From Rhizobium sp. F40D2 (GTDB taxonomy: Bacteria > Pseudomonadota > Alphaproteobacteria > Rhizobiales > Rhizobiaceae), in assembly GCF_051810745.1 (NCBI RefSeq), contig NZ_JBPWQX010000004.1: 64,000 nt of DNA. The stretch is one strand, 5' to 3'. Every line of letters starts with the position of its first letter. Within the stretch, counting starts at the first letter, position 1. A program made the position numbers and the translations under genes. The notes beneath the pieces are model-generated. The model had not been told where the DNA came from, did no database searches, and saw only the letters and a list, made by a program, of their open reading frames with translations. Of this stretch, positions 18,109 through 28,419 are shown piece by piece.

Positions 18109-18888
18109 TCAGAGAAAACGAGCGAGAAAAGCCTGGGTCCGGGGATGTTGCGGATTGCCGATCACGTCCTCAGGCTTGCCCGTCTCGACGACATTGCCGC
18201 CGTCCATGAACACGACCCGATCGGCTGCCTCGCGGGCAAAACCGATCTCGTGGGTAACGACGATCATCGTCAGGCCTTGTTTGGCAAGATCGCGCATGGT
18301 GGCCAGCACTTCGCCGACCAGTTCCGGGTCGAGCGCAGAGGTGGGCTCATCGAACAGCATCAGCTTCGGCTTGATCGCAAGAGCGCGGGCGATGGCGACG
18401 CGTTGCTGCTGGCCGCCGGAAAGCTGGCGGGGATAGCTGCCAGCCTTTTCCGACAGGCCCACCCGCTCCAACAGCCGCATGGCGTTCTCGGTCGCGGCCT
18501 TGCGGCTTTCTCCATGCACGCCGACCGGGGCCTCGATGATGTTCTGCAGCACGGTCATATGCGGATAGAGATTGAACTGCTGGAACACCATGCCGATCTT
18601 GCGCCGTTGGCGGGCGATCCCGTTGCTGGACAGCTTTTCCAGCCGGTCCTTGCGGACGCGGTAGCCGATCTGTTCACCATCGACTTCGATGAAGCCCTTA
18701 TTGATCGCTTCGAGATGGTTGATGCAGCGCAGGAACGTCGATTTTCCCGATCCGGACGGGCCGAGCACCACGACGACTTCACCCGGCATGACGTCGAGGT
18801 CGATCCCCTTCAGCACGTCGAGCTGGTCGAAAGACTTGTGAACGTTGCGCGCCCTGACGAGGGGCTTTGCGGTCTCGGCGGCGATCAA
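18109..18888 (-). CDS. polar amino-acid ABC transporter ATP-binding protein
   Basis: Walker [25 protein letters not shown], and a D-loop. The likely start is TTG at 18888 after GGAGG, overlapping the permease TGA. The track ORF extends to 19200. Confidence 0.75.
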   Translation of the reverse strand: MIAAETAKPLVRARNVHKSFDQLDVLKGIDLDVMPGEVVVVLGPSGSGKSTFLRCINHLEAINKGFIEVDGEQIGYRVRKDRLEKLSSNGIARQRRKIGMVFQQFNLYPHMTVLQNIIEAPVGVHGESRKAATENAMRLLERVGLSEKAGSYPRQLSGGQQQRVAIARALAIKPKLMLFDEPTSALDPELVGEVLATMRDLAKQGLTMIVVTHEIGFAREAADRVVFMDGGNVVETGKPEDVIGNPQHPRTQAFLARFL

Positions 18889-19814
18889 TGGCTTGCCTCC
18901 TCGGCAAGGGTCTCGGATTTGGCCGCAACGGAGTTGCTGCGCCGTTCGCTGCGGCCGTAATAGGCCTCGATATAACTCTGGCCGAGATTGAGGATCGAGG
19001 TGATGAAGAGGTACCAGAGGACCGCGACAAGCAGCATCGGCACGATCTCGAACGTACGATTGTAGATCGATTGGACGGAATAGAGCAGATCGGCCATGGC
19101 GATGACGCTGACGAGCGAAGTCGCTTTGATCATGCTGATCAACTGGTTGCCGGTCGGCGGAACGATCGAGCGCATCGCCTGCGGAATGATGATCCGCCAC
19201 AGCGCCCTGCCCTTGGTCATGCCGAACGCTTCCGCCGTCTCGAACTGGCCGCGATCGACGGAGAGAAGGCCGCCGCGAATGATCTCGGCCATGTAGGCCG
19301 CTTCGTTGAGAGCCAAGCCGCCGATCGCCGCCGTCATTGGCGTGATCACCGAATTGGTCTCCCAGCTCGCCAGCGTCGGGCCGAACGGAATGGCGATCGA
19401 AAGTTCGGGAAAAAGGGTCGAGAGATTGTACCAGAGGATCAGTTGCACGAGCAGTGGCGTGCCCCGAAAGAACCAGATGAACAGCGATGCCAGCGACCTT
19501 GCGAGCCGGTCATTGGACAGCCGGGCGATCGCCAGGCCGAGGCCGAGAACGATGCCGATGGCCATCGCGATTACAGTTAGGCCCAGGCTGACGTAAAGGC
19601 CGTTGATGACTGTTGGATCGAAGAAATAGGCCGCGACAACCGGCCAGCCGAAATTCTCGTTGTGGGCGACGATCCACAGGAAGTTCGCGGCAATGAGGAG
19701 CACGACCACCCACAGAACGAGACGGCCCGTTCGAAAGGGCTTGTGGGCATTGGCGACATCGCGAAAGTCCGCACCGCCCGAAGGCTGTGTGGCAGTCGTG
19801 CGGTCATTGCTCAT
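18885..19814 (-). CDS. polar amino-acid ABC transporter permease (His/Glu/Gln/Arg/opine family)
   Basis: 309 aa with a BPD_transp_1 EAA-like loop. Confidence 0.75.
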   Translation of the reverse strand: MSNDRTTATQPSGGADFRDVANAHKPFRTGRLVLWVVVLLIAANFLWIVAHNENFGWPVVAAYFFDPTVINGLYVSLGLTVIAMAIGIVLGLGLAIARLSNDRLARSLASLFIWFFRGTPLLVQLILWYNLSTLFPELSIAIPFGPTLASWETNSVITPMTAAIGGLALNEAAYMAEIIRGGLLSVDRGQFETAEAFGMTKGRALWRIIIPQAMRSIVPPTGNQLISMIKATSLVSVIAMADLLYSVQSIYNRTFEIVPMLLVAVLWYLFITSILNLGQSYIEAYYGRSERRSNSVAAKSETLAEEASH

Positions 19815-20703
19815 TTCGGCAAGGCTCCACCAAGATTGAGGCCGGGCTGCTTGACCATATTGTTCTCAAGACCCCACTTCTTCATGATGGCGGCATAGGC
19901 GCCGTTATCCATCAAAGCCTTGAGCGCGTCGAGCAGAACGGGGCCGAGCGGCGAGCCTTTCGGCACGACGGCGCCCTGATAGAGATCGTCGAACCCATTC
20001 TTCTGGCCGACGCCGCTCAGTTCCAGCTGGCCGTTGGCCTGAGACACGAAATAGGTTAGCGGCGCCTGTGAGGAGAAGAAGGCATCGGCGCGTTTGGAGC
20101 GGACCGCCAGGATCGAGCTCGGCTGGTCGGTGTAGGACTGCACTTCGAGCGCGGGCTTGCCGTCTGTCTTGCACTTTTCGACCTGAGCCTGGATGACCTT
20201 TTCGGCGGAGCCGCCGGCCATGACAGCAATGCGATTTCCGCAGGCGCTGTCGAGCGAACCGATGGCCTTCGGATTGCCCTTCTGAACGGAAAAGACCACG
20301 TATTCCTGAACCCAATCGACGAAATCATTGGCCTCTTCGCGGGTCTTGAAGTCACCGATCGGGCCAAAGGCGAACTGGTATCGGCCGGAGTTGATGCCGG
20401 CGAGCAACGCGGTCAATCCGCTGACGGTTTCGTGCTCGATCTTGACGCCGAGCATCTGGCCGATCGCATCGGTAAGATCGGCGCTCGCGCCGGTCAGTTC
20501 CGTGCCGGTGACGATCTCATAAGGGGGAAATGAACCATTGTTGACGGAGATCATCTTGCCGTCCGTTCAGAATCTTCTCCGGCAAGCGGGCGCGAAGCGC
20601 GTCGTTGACGGTCTGTTTCGGAACGGCGGTCTCCTGGGCGAACACCGACGTCGTCATCATCAGGCTCGTCAGGGCGGCGGAAGCGATCAGTTTCGAATGC
20701 ATG
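19811..20703 (-). pseudogene. family-3 (polar amino acid) ABC substrate-binding protein gene, split by a 1-nt frame slip near 20545
   Basis: The signal peptide MHSKLIASAALTSLMMTTSVFA lies in one frame (track 20517..20783). The mature domain (SFPPYE...) lies in another (19811..20554). The two frames join if one A is removed from CTGAACGG. Confidence 0.6.
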
Positions 20704-20761
20704 TCATTCCCCTTTTTGGCTATACGAAATGGTGGCTCAACGATGACGCCTGCGAGGAGTT

Positions 20762-21724
20762 TCACCGGGCCCTGGCGTGCCACGGAAACAGGTCGGCGGG
20801 CGTCAGAAGGCGCGGCATGATCTTCTGTTCGTAGAGTTCCTTGGCGAAGTCGGCGATCATTGCCTCGTTCTCGGCAAGCCCGCTGACGTTCCAGGTCGGC
20901 GGCAGGTCGGCTGCGCAGCGGCGCAATTCGTCGATCATCCAGGGCGTCGTGTCCGCGTATTTCTCGCGCTTCTCCAGCCAGATACGCTGGGACTCGTCGA
21001 TCAGCTCGCTGAGCTCATCCATGATCCAGGGATGCTCCTTGACGATTTCCGCCTTGAAGCCGATCAGATGCATGCCTGGAATATAACCGACCTCGTGGAA
21101 GTAAGCGACTTCAGCGGAGCGGAAGTCATCCAGCACCTGACGCAGCGGCGAACCCTGATCGAAAAAGCCCTTCGGCATGAAAGGCGTGAAAACGACGTCC
21201 AGCCGACCATCCAACAACAGGTCGACCATCGGGCGTTCGCCGGGAGCAGCTTCGATGCGGCCGGATCGTCCAAAGCCATCGAGCCTGTCGACGATCGGAT
21301 GAGCCTCCGTCAGGCGTCCGGCATACCACATGGCATTCTCGACGCCGACGCCTTCGCGGCGCAACGCAGCGCGGGTCCACGTGTTTCCGGAATCGCGCCA
21401 GCCGGTCACGCCGATATTCTTGCCGGCCAGATCGGACAGCTTGCGGATCGCACTGCCCTTGGCGGTGATGATGCAGCGATGGCGGAAGCCGCGCATGATG
21501 AAGTTCGGAATGCCGATGACCCGAGCGTCGCCATCATGGCGCAGTTGCGAATAGCGGCTGAAGGACATTTCCGCGGCATCATGAGCCTCGTCATCGGCGA
21601 GACTGGAGACTAGCGTGCCAACCCGATCCACTTTGATGTCGAGACGGGAAGACCTGACATCACCGAGCACCAGCGGTGTCATGTAGTCCCAGTCTCTAAG
21701 AGCGATGCGAAGCGTTACAGGCAT
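20762..21724 (-). CDS. NMT1/THI5-like (NitT/TauT-type binding-protein fold) cytoplasmic protein
   Basis: 320 aa with no signal peptide. It lies divergent from the MocR regulator. Confidence 0.5.
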   Translation of the reverse strand: MPVTLRIALRDWDYMTPLVLGDVRSSRLDIKVDRVGTLVSSLADDEAHDAAEMSFSRYSQLRHDGDARVIGIPNFIMRGFRHRCIITAKGSAIRKLSDLAGKNIGVTGWRDSGNTWTRAALRREGVGVENAMWYAGRLTEAHPIVDRLDGFGRSGRIEAAPGERPMVDLLLDGRLDVVFTPFMPKGFFDQGSPLRQVLDDFRSAEVAYFHEVGYIPGMHLIGFKAEIVKEHPWIMDELSELIDESQRIWLEKREKYADTTPWMIDELRRCAADLPPTWNVSGLAENEAMIADFAKELYEQKIMPRLLTPADLFPWHARAR

Positions 21725-21762
21725 GCGAAGAACTCACGAAATTGCTCGACGAGGAGCAAATT

Positions 21763-21810
21763 AAATGTTCAAATTAATGAGTACAAATGTTATTACGTTA
21801 TTGAACATTT
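21763..21810. promoter_or_regulatory. inverted repeat AAATGTTCAA-N28-TTGAACATTT with a third internal AAATGTT half-site, in a divergent promoter
   Basis: Read directly. Perfect 10-bp arms at 21763-21772 and 21801-21810, with AAATGTT again at ~21785. ATG of the MocR gene is at 21825. Confidence 0.5.
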
Positions 21811-21824
21811 AAAGTGAGGACAAA

Positions 21825-23150
21825 ATGGGCGACGCGGTCGAAGCCTCCTGGTTTGCCGAAAAAATAACCGACCGCAGCATCCGGGGGATCGCTCTCGAAA
21901 CGGGTGCGCTTATCCGTGCCGGCGCCTTGCCCGTCGGCACGCGTCTGCCGGCGATCCGCGATATCGCCTATGAATTGCGTGTCAGCCCGGCAACGATCTC
22001 GGAAGCCTGGAGTGAATTGCGGCGGCAGAAGATCATCAGCGGCCGGGGGCGCAACGGTACCTGGGTCAGCGGCGACCGCTTTGTCGCCAAGCCGGAACGT
22101 CTCGCGAGTTCGGGAAATTATGCCGCGGGCGTACTCGACCTTACCTCTGCCGGGCCGGATGCAGCGCTTCTTCCCGGTCTGGCCAAAGCAATGGCCCACG
22201 GCGCGTCAGCCGCCGACCTCAACAGCTATGAGCGCAGCCGTATCGTGCCGGAGCTGAAGGATGCCATTTCGGAGCGATGGCCCTATGAGGCGGAAGCGTT
22301 TCTTGCCACCAATGGCGGTTACAACGCCGTCTACACGGTGTTGCATGCGCTGGTCTCTCCAGGTTCGTCGGTAGCAATTGAACATCCGACCGCGATGCGG
22401 CTGCTCGATATCCTGGAAGATCTCGGCGTCAGGATCATTCCCGTCGCCTGCGACAACGACGGTCCCTTGCCGGATTTGCTTTGCGAGGCATTGCGACAGC
22501 GGCCGGCAGCCTTCCTGTTTCAGCCGCGGCTGCATTCTGTGACAGGGATTACCGTCAGTGCATCCCGCCTCGATCAGCTCGCAGCCGTGCTGGAGGACAG
22601 CGATACGCTAATTATAGAGGACGACGGCGTCGGCGACGTCTCGGCAGCACCTCCGCATTCCCTAGGTGGTCGATTTGCTGAACGGACGATCCATATCCTG
22701 TCACACTCCAAAAGCCTCGGACCGGATCTGCGTCTCGCCGTCTTGTCGAGTTCTGCGCCTATTGTCGACCAGATCCAGTCTTACCGCTCCTTCAGCGCCG
22801 GCTGGACCAGCCGCATCCTGCAAGGGGCCGCAGCCTGGCTATTGCGTGATCCTGCAAGTTGGTGCCTCATCGCCGAGGCGCGGGACCGCTATCAGCAGAG
22901 GCGCGACGCTCTTGCCGATGCGCTCAGCGAACGGGGAATATCGATACCGGCAGGCCAGGGCCTGTGCCTCTGGGTGCCCGTTGTGTCCGAGCCATTTGCG
23001 ATGGTGACGCTCGCCGCACGCAATATCGCCGTCAATCCGGGCAGCAAGTTCTCCGTCCTGCCAAGCGGTCATATTCGTGTCGCGACCAGCACGCTCAGCG
23101 ATCGCTGCGAGGAAGTCGCCGATGCGATCGCTCTGGCCCATGCACCATAA
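21825..23150 (+). CDS. MocR/GabR-subfamily GntR transcriptional regulator with a PLP aminotransferase-like domain
   Basis: N-terminal GntR HTH (RLPAIRDIAYELRVSPATISEAW) and a C-terminal fold-type I aminotransferase domain. GAGGA precedes the start. Confidence 0.75.
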   Translation: MGDAVEASWFAEKITDRSIRGIALETGALIRAGALPVGTRLPAIRDIAYELRVSPATISEAWSELRRQKIISGRGRNGTWVSGDRFVAKPERLASSGNYAAGVLDLTSAGPDAALLPGLAKAMAHGASAADLNSYERSRIVPELKDAISERWPYEAEAFLATNGGYNAVYTVLHALVSPGSSVAIEHPTAMRLLDILEDLGVRIIPVACDNDGPLPDLLCEALRQRPAAFLFQPRLHSVTGITVSASRLDQLAAVLEDSDTLIIEDDGVGDVSAAPPHSLGGRFAERTIHILSHSKSLGPDLRLAVLSSSAPIVDQIQSYRSFSAGWTSRILQGAAAWLLRDPASWCLIAEARDRYQQRRDALADALSERGISIPAGQGLCLWVPVVSEPFAMVTLAARNIAVNPGSKFSVLPSGHIRVATSTLSDRCEEVADAIALAHAP

Positions 23151-23185
23151 AAGGCCGGGACTAAACCCCTAAATTAGAACGCTGA

Positions 23186-23482
23186 TCAGAAACTCTCCAG
23201 CAGAAGCCCAAAACTGGGCCGCCATTCGAATACATCGACGCTCCTGTAAACGCCGGCGCGGACGAAGGGATCTCCTGCGCTGAACGTCTGGAACTCGGCG
23301 AGCGTTTCGACTTCCGCAATCACCACGGCGGTAGAACCCTTTCCCTCCGCCGGCGGTGCAGAGGGGCCGGAAAGCAGGATGCGGATCGCCGCGCCGTGCA
23401 GATAGGCCTTGTGTTGTTCGAGCAATCGGGAACGTTCGGCAGCCTTGCCGGGATCGGACACCGCATAGCGAACAACGATCAT
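23186..23482 (-). CDS. YciI-like/Dabb-type small protein (position of graE in the gamma-resorcylate cluster)
   Basis: 98 aa. The 4-nt overlap with the dioxygenase stop indicates co-transcription. Confidence 0.5.
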   Translation of the reverse strand: MIVVRYAVSDPGKAAERSRLLEQHKAYLHGAAIRILLSGPSAPPAEGKGSTAVVIAEVETLAEFQTFSAGDPFVRAGVYRSVDVFEWRPSFGLLLESF

Positions 23483-24327
23483 CGTCTAGTCTCGATGGGC
23501 GTCAGCACGAAATCGAAATCGGAGCGCCAGACCGTCGGATGATCGGTACGTTCGAAAGGCGCGATCAGGCTGTTTTTGACACCAAACACCGTATCTGATT
23601 CCAGATAGGGATCGTCGCCGACAAAAGTATGGGTTACGAGCTTCTGATAACCTGACGCCGTGATCAGGTAATGGGTATGGGCAGGACGGTAGGAATGGCG
23701 GCCGAGGGACGCCAACATCTGGCCGACCGGGCCGTCATCCGGGATCGGATAGGAGACCGGCTTTATCCCGACGAAGCTATAGGTACCATCGGCGCCGGTG
23801 ACGAAGATGCCCCGGTTGTTCCATTTCGGCTGGAGATCCGGCTGCTGGACATCGTAGAAGCCGTCGGAGTTGTCCGACCATACATCGATTCTGGCTCCCT
23901 CGATCGGACTGCCTTCGAGATCCAGCACCCGCCCGATGAAGAGACAGCTCTCGCCCTTACCGTCGAGCGAGATATTTTCACCCATCTGCCGTACGGGCGC
24001 CCCTTCGACATGGAACGGTCCAAACACCGTATTTTCCGTAGCGCCCGGCGGACGCCTGTTGTTGATGGCATCCACCAGCATCGAGAAACCCAGCGTATCG
24101 CTGAGCAGGATGAACTCCTGCCGCTCGTCATGACAGAGATGGCCGGTACGGGTCAGGAAGCCTATGGCCAGCTCCCATTCCTCCTGGGTCAGGCTGATAT
24201 CCTTGGCAAAGGCATGCAGATGTTTGACAAGCGATGCCATGAGTTCGGCCAGACGCGGATTAATACCCTGCCCAATCCGCGAGTTGACGGCTTCCACGGA
24301 TCTTTCTTCGCTGAAATATTCAGGCAC
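23479..24327 (-). CDS. graB: hydroxyquinol (1,2,4-benzenetriol) 1,2-dioxygenase, intradiol ring-cleavage family
   Basis: 282 aa with intradiol dioxygenase motifs (YRPAHTHY...; GPFHVEGAP). It sits within a gra-type cluster. Confidence 0.75.
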   Translation of the reverse strand: MPEYFSEERSVEAVNSRIGQGINPRLAELMASLVKHLHAFAKDISLTQEEWELAIGFLTRTGHLCHDERQEFILLSDTLGFSMLVDAINNRRPPGATENTVFGPFHVEGAPVRQMGENISLDGKGESCLFIGRVLDLEGSPIEGARIDVWSDNSDGFYDVQQPDLQPKWNNRGIFVTGADGTYSFVGIKPVSYPIPDDGPVGQMLASLGRHSYRPAHTHYLITASGYQKLVTHTFVGDDPYLESDTVFGVKNSLIAPFERTDHPTVWRSDFDFVLTPIETRR

Positions 24328-24347
24328 GTGGCCATTCTCCTAAAGCG

Positions 24348-25406
24348 TTAATGCGGCCGCGCGCCCTCCCAGGCGCTCTGCAACAAAGCCCGGATCGCGT
24401 CCCGTTCGATCGGGCGCGGGTTCCAGTAGGGGTTCCGGGCGGCGAGTTCCGCCCCGCGGTCCAGGTCGGCTTCCTTCATACCCAGATCTCGCAGCGTCAT
24501 GGGTGCACCGATCGAGGCGGCAAAATCATAAAGACCGCCGCCCAGCGAGCCGCCGAAAAGATCGGCAGCGGGCTTTAGCGCATCCGTTGCGGCTACAGCA
24601 TTGTAGGCGGCAGAATGGGGAAGAATGACTGCATGGGTTTCTGCATGCGGCAGATCGAAACTGCCGCCCAGCGTATGGCAAAGCTTGTGATGCAGCGCCA
24701 TTCCGACTGCACCGAGCACCGTGCCGCACAGCCAGGAACCGTAAAGCGCTTCGCTTCGCGATCTGATGTCCCCGGGCGCATTTACGATTTGCGGTAATGC
24801 CTGCTTCAGCGCGCGCAAGCCCTCGATGGCCATCATCGACGAAATTGGATTGCGATCCTGTGCGTAGAGACCTTCGACGGCATGCGCCATTGCATTGAGC
24901 CCGCTGCTGACACTGATGTTGACCGGCAGCCCCAATGTCAATTCAGGGTCGTAGATCACCACTTCGGGCAGGATGCCCGGCCCGCGGACCGTCTTCTTCT
25001 GGCCGTTCTCTGTCTGGCCGAGGATCGGTGTAACCTCCGACCCCGCATAGGTCGTCGCCACCACGATTTGTGGCGCGTCGTTACGATAGGCGATCGCCTT
25101 GCCGAGACCGATCGTCGATCCGCCGCCGATCGCTACGACGCAATCGGCGCCGGCTTCATTGTATGCCGCCATCGCGCGCTCGGTGACATCGACCGGCGTA
25201 TGCATCGTAGCATCGGCGAATAGTGCCGCCGCAAGCGGGCCGAGGGAAGCGGCGATGCGTTGAGCCTCCGCTTCCTGGTGCTGGGTCGAAAGGATCAGGG
25301 CGCGTTTGCCGCCCTGCCCTGCAATCGCCTCGGTGAGACGACTGAGCGAGCCCCTGCCGAAGATGATCTGGGCGGCGCCGACCGTATATCTGAAAGGTGC
25401 GACCAT
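24348..25406 (-). CDS. graC: maleylacetate reductase (iron-containing alcohol dehydrogenase family)
   Basis: Fe-ADH motifs (GGGSTIG, HAVEG). ATG at 25406 lies 1 nt after the upstream TAA. The track start is 25439. Confidence 0.75.
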   Translation of the reverse strand: MVAPFRYTVGAAQIIFGRGSLSRLTEAIAGQGGKRALILSTQHQEAEAQRIAASLGPLAAALFADATMHTPVDVTERAMAAYNEAGADCVVAIGGGSTIGLGKAIAYRNDAPQIVVATTYAGSEVTPILGQTENGQKKTVRGPGILPEVVIYDPELTLGLPVNISVSSGLNAMAHAVEGLYAQDRNPISSMMAIEGLRALKQALPQIVNAPGDIRSRSEALYGSWLCGTVLGAVGMALHHKLCHTLGGSFDLPHAETHAVILPHSAAYNAVAATDALKPAADLFGGSLGGGLYDFAASIGAPMTLRDLGMKEADLDRGAELAARNPYWNPRPIERDAIRALLQSAWEGARPH

Positions 25407-25407
25407 G

Positions 25408-26388
25408 TTATCGATCGAGTTTGAACAGTGAAACGGCATTGGTGCGACCGATCTTCAGACGGTCGGCTTCGGAGATGGTGGCGCTGTCGAACCAGTTTGC
25501 GGCGTGGTCGACGTTCTCGAATGGCCAGTCTGCCGAAAACAGAATTCTGTCCGCGCCGATTTCCAGCATAGCATCGATAAGCGATTGCGTGCGGAAATTT
25601 CCCGACGTCGTGATGTAGAAATTCTCGTTGAAATAATCGGCAATCGGGCGTTTGGCCGGATAAGTCTTTTCCACCTTGACCCACGCATTCCGGTTGTCGA
25701 TGCGCCACATCATATATGGCAATCCCTCGCCCATGTGACCGACAATGATCCGCAAAGCCGGATGTTGGTCAAACAGGCCGGATCCCATCAAGCGCAACGC
25801 ATGAACAGCGGTTTCCTGCGCGAACGCCCATGTCGGACCCATCAGCCAGGAATGGCCGGCATAGATCCGGCTATCCTGCGGCAGCGGGTTGCGCGGATGC
25901 AGATAGAAAGGAACGTTGAGTTTTTCGACTTCGGCCCAGAACGGGCGATATTGCGGCAGGTCGTAATAGAGCGGCGTCGTTCCGTCGCCTTCCTGGGAGA
26001 AGCCGTTGACCAGTGCGCCGACGAAACCCATCGTTGTCACGCAGCGCTGCAATTCCTGCGTAGCGGTATCCGGATCTTGCAAGGGCAAAGCCGCAAATCC
26101 CAGGAAACGGTTCGGGTTCTTAACGCATTGCTCCGCCAGAAAGTCGTTGGCGCGTTTGGAAATCTCCACAGCCTTTGCCTTGTCGGGGATTGCCTGCACG
26201 GCTGGAGCGTTCAGCGACAGGATCATTTTCTCGATGCCGTGAGCATCCATCAGCCGCAAACGTTTGTCTTGAATATCGAGAAGACGGGCGGACAGTTCCG
26301 TCCAATAGTCGCCCGGCACGAATCCAGCCGAATCCTGCAGCGTCTCGGGAATGGCGAAATGTTCTTCAAGCGCGATCTTGCCCTGCAC
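25408..26388 (-). CDS. graF: gamma-resorcylate (2,6-dihydroxybenzoate) decarboxylase, amidohydrolase_2 family
   Basis: 326 aa with ACMSD/LigW-like metal ligands (EEHF, HxH). GTG start at 26388 after GGAAAGAG. The N-terminus MQGK(I/V)ALEEHFAIPETL is typical of gamma-RSD. Confidence 0.75.
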   Translation of the reverse strand: MQGKIALEEHFAIPETLQDSAGFVPGDYWTELSARLLDIQDKRLRLMDAHGIEKMILSLNAPAVQAIPDKAKAVEISKRANDFLAEQCVKNPNRFLGFAALPLQDPDTATQELQRCVTTMGFVGALVNGFSQEGDGTTPLYYDLPQYRPFWAEVEKLNVPFYLHPRNPLPQDSRIYAGHSWLMGPTWAFAQETAVHALRLMGSGLFDQHPALRIIVGHMGEGLPYMMWRIDNRNAWVKVEKTYPAKRPIADYFNENFYITTSGNFRTQSLIDAMLEIGADRILFSADWPFENVDHAANWFDSATISEADRLKIGRTNAVSLFKLDR

Positions 26389-26435
26389 GATATGCTCTCT
26401 TTCCTGTCTTCAATCGAAATAATGAGGGTGGCGGA

Positions 26436-27668
26436 TCAGAATTGCCCTTTGGGCGGAAGGCCGAGCAGCTGCTGACCGACCATGGTGCCGACGGCATCCC
26501 AGTTCATGGAAATGTGGCGTCCGACGGCATTGGCATCGCGCCATGCCCGCTGGACGGGGTTGGACATCTGAAGGCCGAGACCGCCTGTCGATGCATTGAG
26601 CGCTTCCACGGCCCGAAGGGCGAGGCTGACCGCAAAGGACTGGCTGCGACGGGCGAGAATCCGATCCTCCTCGGTGATCTCGCGGAGACCATCCTCGCGG
26701 TCCTGGGCCAGTTGTTGTGCCCGGGCAATATCCCGCAGAATGATTTCGCGGGCGGCATCCACCGATGCGGCGGCTTCGGCCACGCGAAGCTGGATTGTCG
26801 GAAATTCCGCGATCTTGTTGTTGCCACCGGCAACTGCACCACGTGTTACACGGGCCCCCATGTGGTCGATATAGCTCTCCAATGCGCCCTTCGCCGCACC
26901 GACGGCTGCGCTGCCGAGGCAGAACGGAATCCCCATGAGGAGCGGAATGTTGAAAAGGCCGATACCCTTATAGCCACGCCCGCCGGGCGTTCTGCCGGAG
27001 GTCGCATCCGGAAAGCTCAGTATGCGGTATTCCGGAACGAAGACATCCCTGAGGATCAGGCTCTTCGAGCCGGTGCCCGCAAGGCCCACCACATCCCAGG
27101 TCTCGGCAATCGTGTAATCGCCGGCGGGAACCAGAAGGAACGTCGGCACAGCACGCACCCCCGCGCCCTTTGGCGGAATGTTCGCCGCGCAGAGCGCCCA
27201 CTGGGCATTTTCGCATCCGCTCGCAAAGGCCCAATCGCCGGATAGCCGGAAACCACCCTCGACGCGTTCAGCCGTGCGGACCGGCGCATAGGATCCGCAG
27301 AGCAGCGCGTCCGGATTGCTGCCCCACACGTCCTGCTGAACCCTCTCATCGAACATGGAAAGCAGCCATTGATGCGCGGAAAGGAGACCGGCAACCCAGC
27401 CGGTGGAGGCACAGGCCGACGACAGTTGGATATTTGCATCGACAAGCTCGGCAAACGATCCTTCGTCGCCGCCGAAACGCGCGGGCTTGACGATATCGAA
27501 ATAGCCGACGGAGCGCAGCAGATCGATATTACGCGCAGGCACACGGCCGGATTTTTCCGTATCGCGCGCGCCGGCACGGATTTCGCCCAGCATCGGGGCG
27601 ATGCGATCTGCAAGACATGCGTTCTCACCCCGCGCCGAGGCGGGAAACAGGGCAGCTGTATTGTTCAT
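26436..27668 (-). CDS. graA: acyl-CoA-dehydrogenase-fold flavin-dependent monooxygenase, oxygenase component of two-component resorcinol hydroxylase
   Basis: 410 aa with the group-D flavoprotein monooxygenase fold. It lies directly upstream of the hydroxyquinol pathway genes. Confidence 0.65.
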   Translation of the reverse strand: MNNTAALFPASARGENACLADRIAPMLGEIRAGARDTEKSGRVPARNIDLLRSVGYFDIVKPARFGGDEGSFAELVDANIQLSSACASTGWVAGLLSAHQWLLSMFDERVQQDVWGSNPDALLCGSYAPVRTAERVEGGFRLSGDWAFASGCENAQWALCAANIPPKGAGVRAVPTFLLVPAGDYTIAETWDVVGLAGTGSKSLILRDVFVPEYRILSFPDATSGRTPGGRGYKGIGLFNIPLLMGIPFCLGSAAVGAAKGALESYIDHMGARVTRGAVAGGNNKIAEFPTIQLRVAEAAASVDAAREIILRDIARAQQLAQDREDGLREITEEDRILARRSQSFAVSLALRAVEALNASTGGLGLQMSNPVQRAWRDANAVGRHISMNWDAVGTMVGQQLLGLPPKGQF

Positions 27669-27678
27669 GGAGCGACCT

Positions 27679-28218
27679 TCAGTTCTGGGATGCAGGAAGT
27701 GCGTGCCGTGGCGCGCAATATTTCGAGTTCTCGTACATCAGTGCGATCGTATCTTGGGAAAGGCGTGTATCCACCACCTGCCCGATGAAGATCGTGTGCG
27801 TTCCATAGGGAACAGCGCCCGTGCGGCGGCAGATAACGGAGGCATGAGCGGAATCCAGCACCATCATGCCGCGCTCGTGGCGAACCCAGTCGGCAGCGTC
27901 GAACCGACGCTCGGGCGCAATCTTGCCGCTAAAACCTTCCGATACGGCTGCTTGCCTGTCGGTCAGAATGCTGACTGCGAATTCCGGCACCTCAAGCAGC
28001 ATGTCATGCAGATAGGTGCGATTGTTCAGGCAGATGATGAGAGATGGCGGATCCATCGAAAGCGATGTGACGGCGGTTGCCGTCATTCCATGATCCGCAC
28101 CGTTGCGGCAGGCAGAAATGACCGTCACCGTCGCCGGGAAACGGCGCATGGTCGATCGAAACGCATCGCTGAGGGGTGCGGGGGCCGGCGCGATGCCGAG
28201 GGCAGCAGTGGCAGACAT
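27679..28218 (-). CDS. graD: NAD(P)H:flavin reductase (flavin_reduct domain), reductase component of resorcinol hydroxylase
   Basis: 179 aa with a flavin-reductase-like domain. ATG at 28218 follows GGAGGAAA. Confidence 0.65.
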   Translation of the reverse strand: MSATAALGIAPAPAPLSDAFRSTMRRFPATVTVISACRNGADHGMTATAVTSLSMDPPSLIICLNNRTYLHDMLLEVPEFAVSILTDRQAAVSEGFSGKIAPERRFDAADWVRHERGMMVLDSAHASVICRRTGAVPYGTHTIFIGQVVDTRLSQDTIALMYENSKYCAPRHALPASQN

Positions 28219-28250
28219 GATTTCCTCCCGTGTCTCCTTGGCGTAAAATT

Positions 28251-28281
28251 ATTGCATTTGCAACTATTGTCAATGCAAATC
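28251..28281. promoter_or_regulatory. dyad ATTTGCA-N11-TGCAAAT containing TTGCA-TT-TGCAA, in the graD/graR divergent promoter
   Basis: Read directly. The same TTTGCA-NN-TGCAAA core recurs at 28877-28890. Confidence 0.5.
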
Positions 28282-28419
28282 TGGAAGTCGAGCGGGAAAA
28301 TGTTTGATCTGCCCCAACCGTTCTCGGCGGCTGAAAGCCAATCATGTTGTCATCACGGTAATTTAGGTGCATGTCGGAGAGAACGCTCAGCAAGCCGAAT
28401 CCCGCCAGCAGACAGAAAT

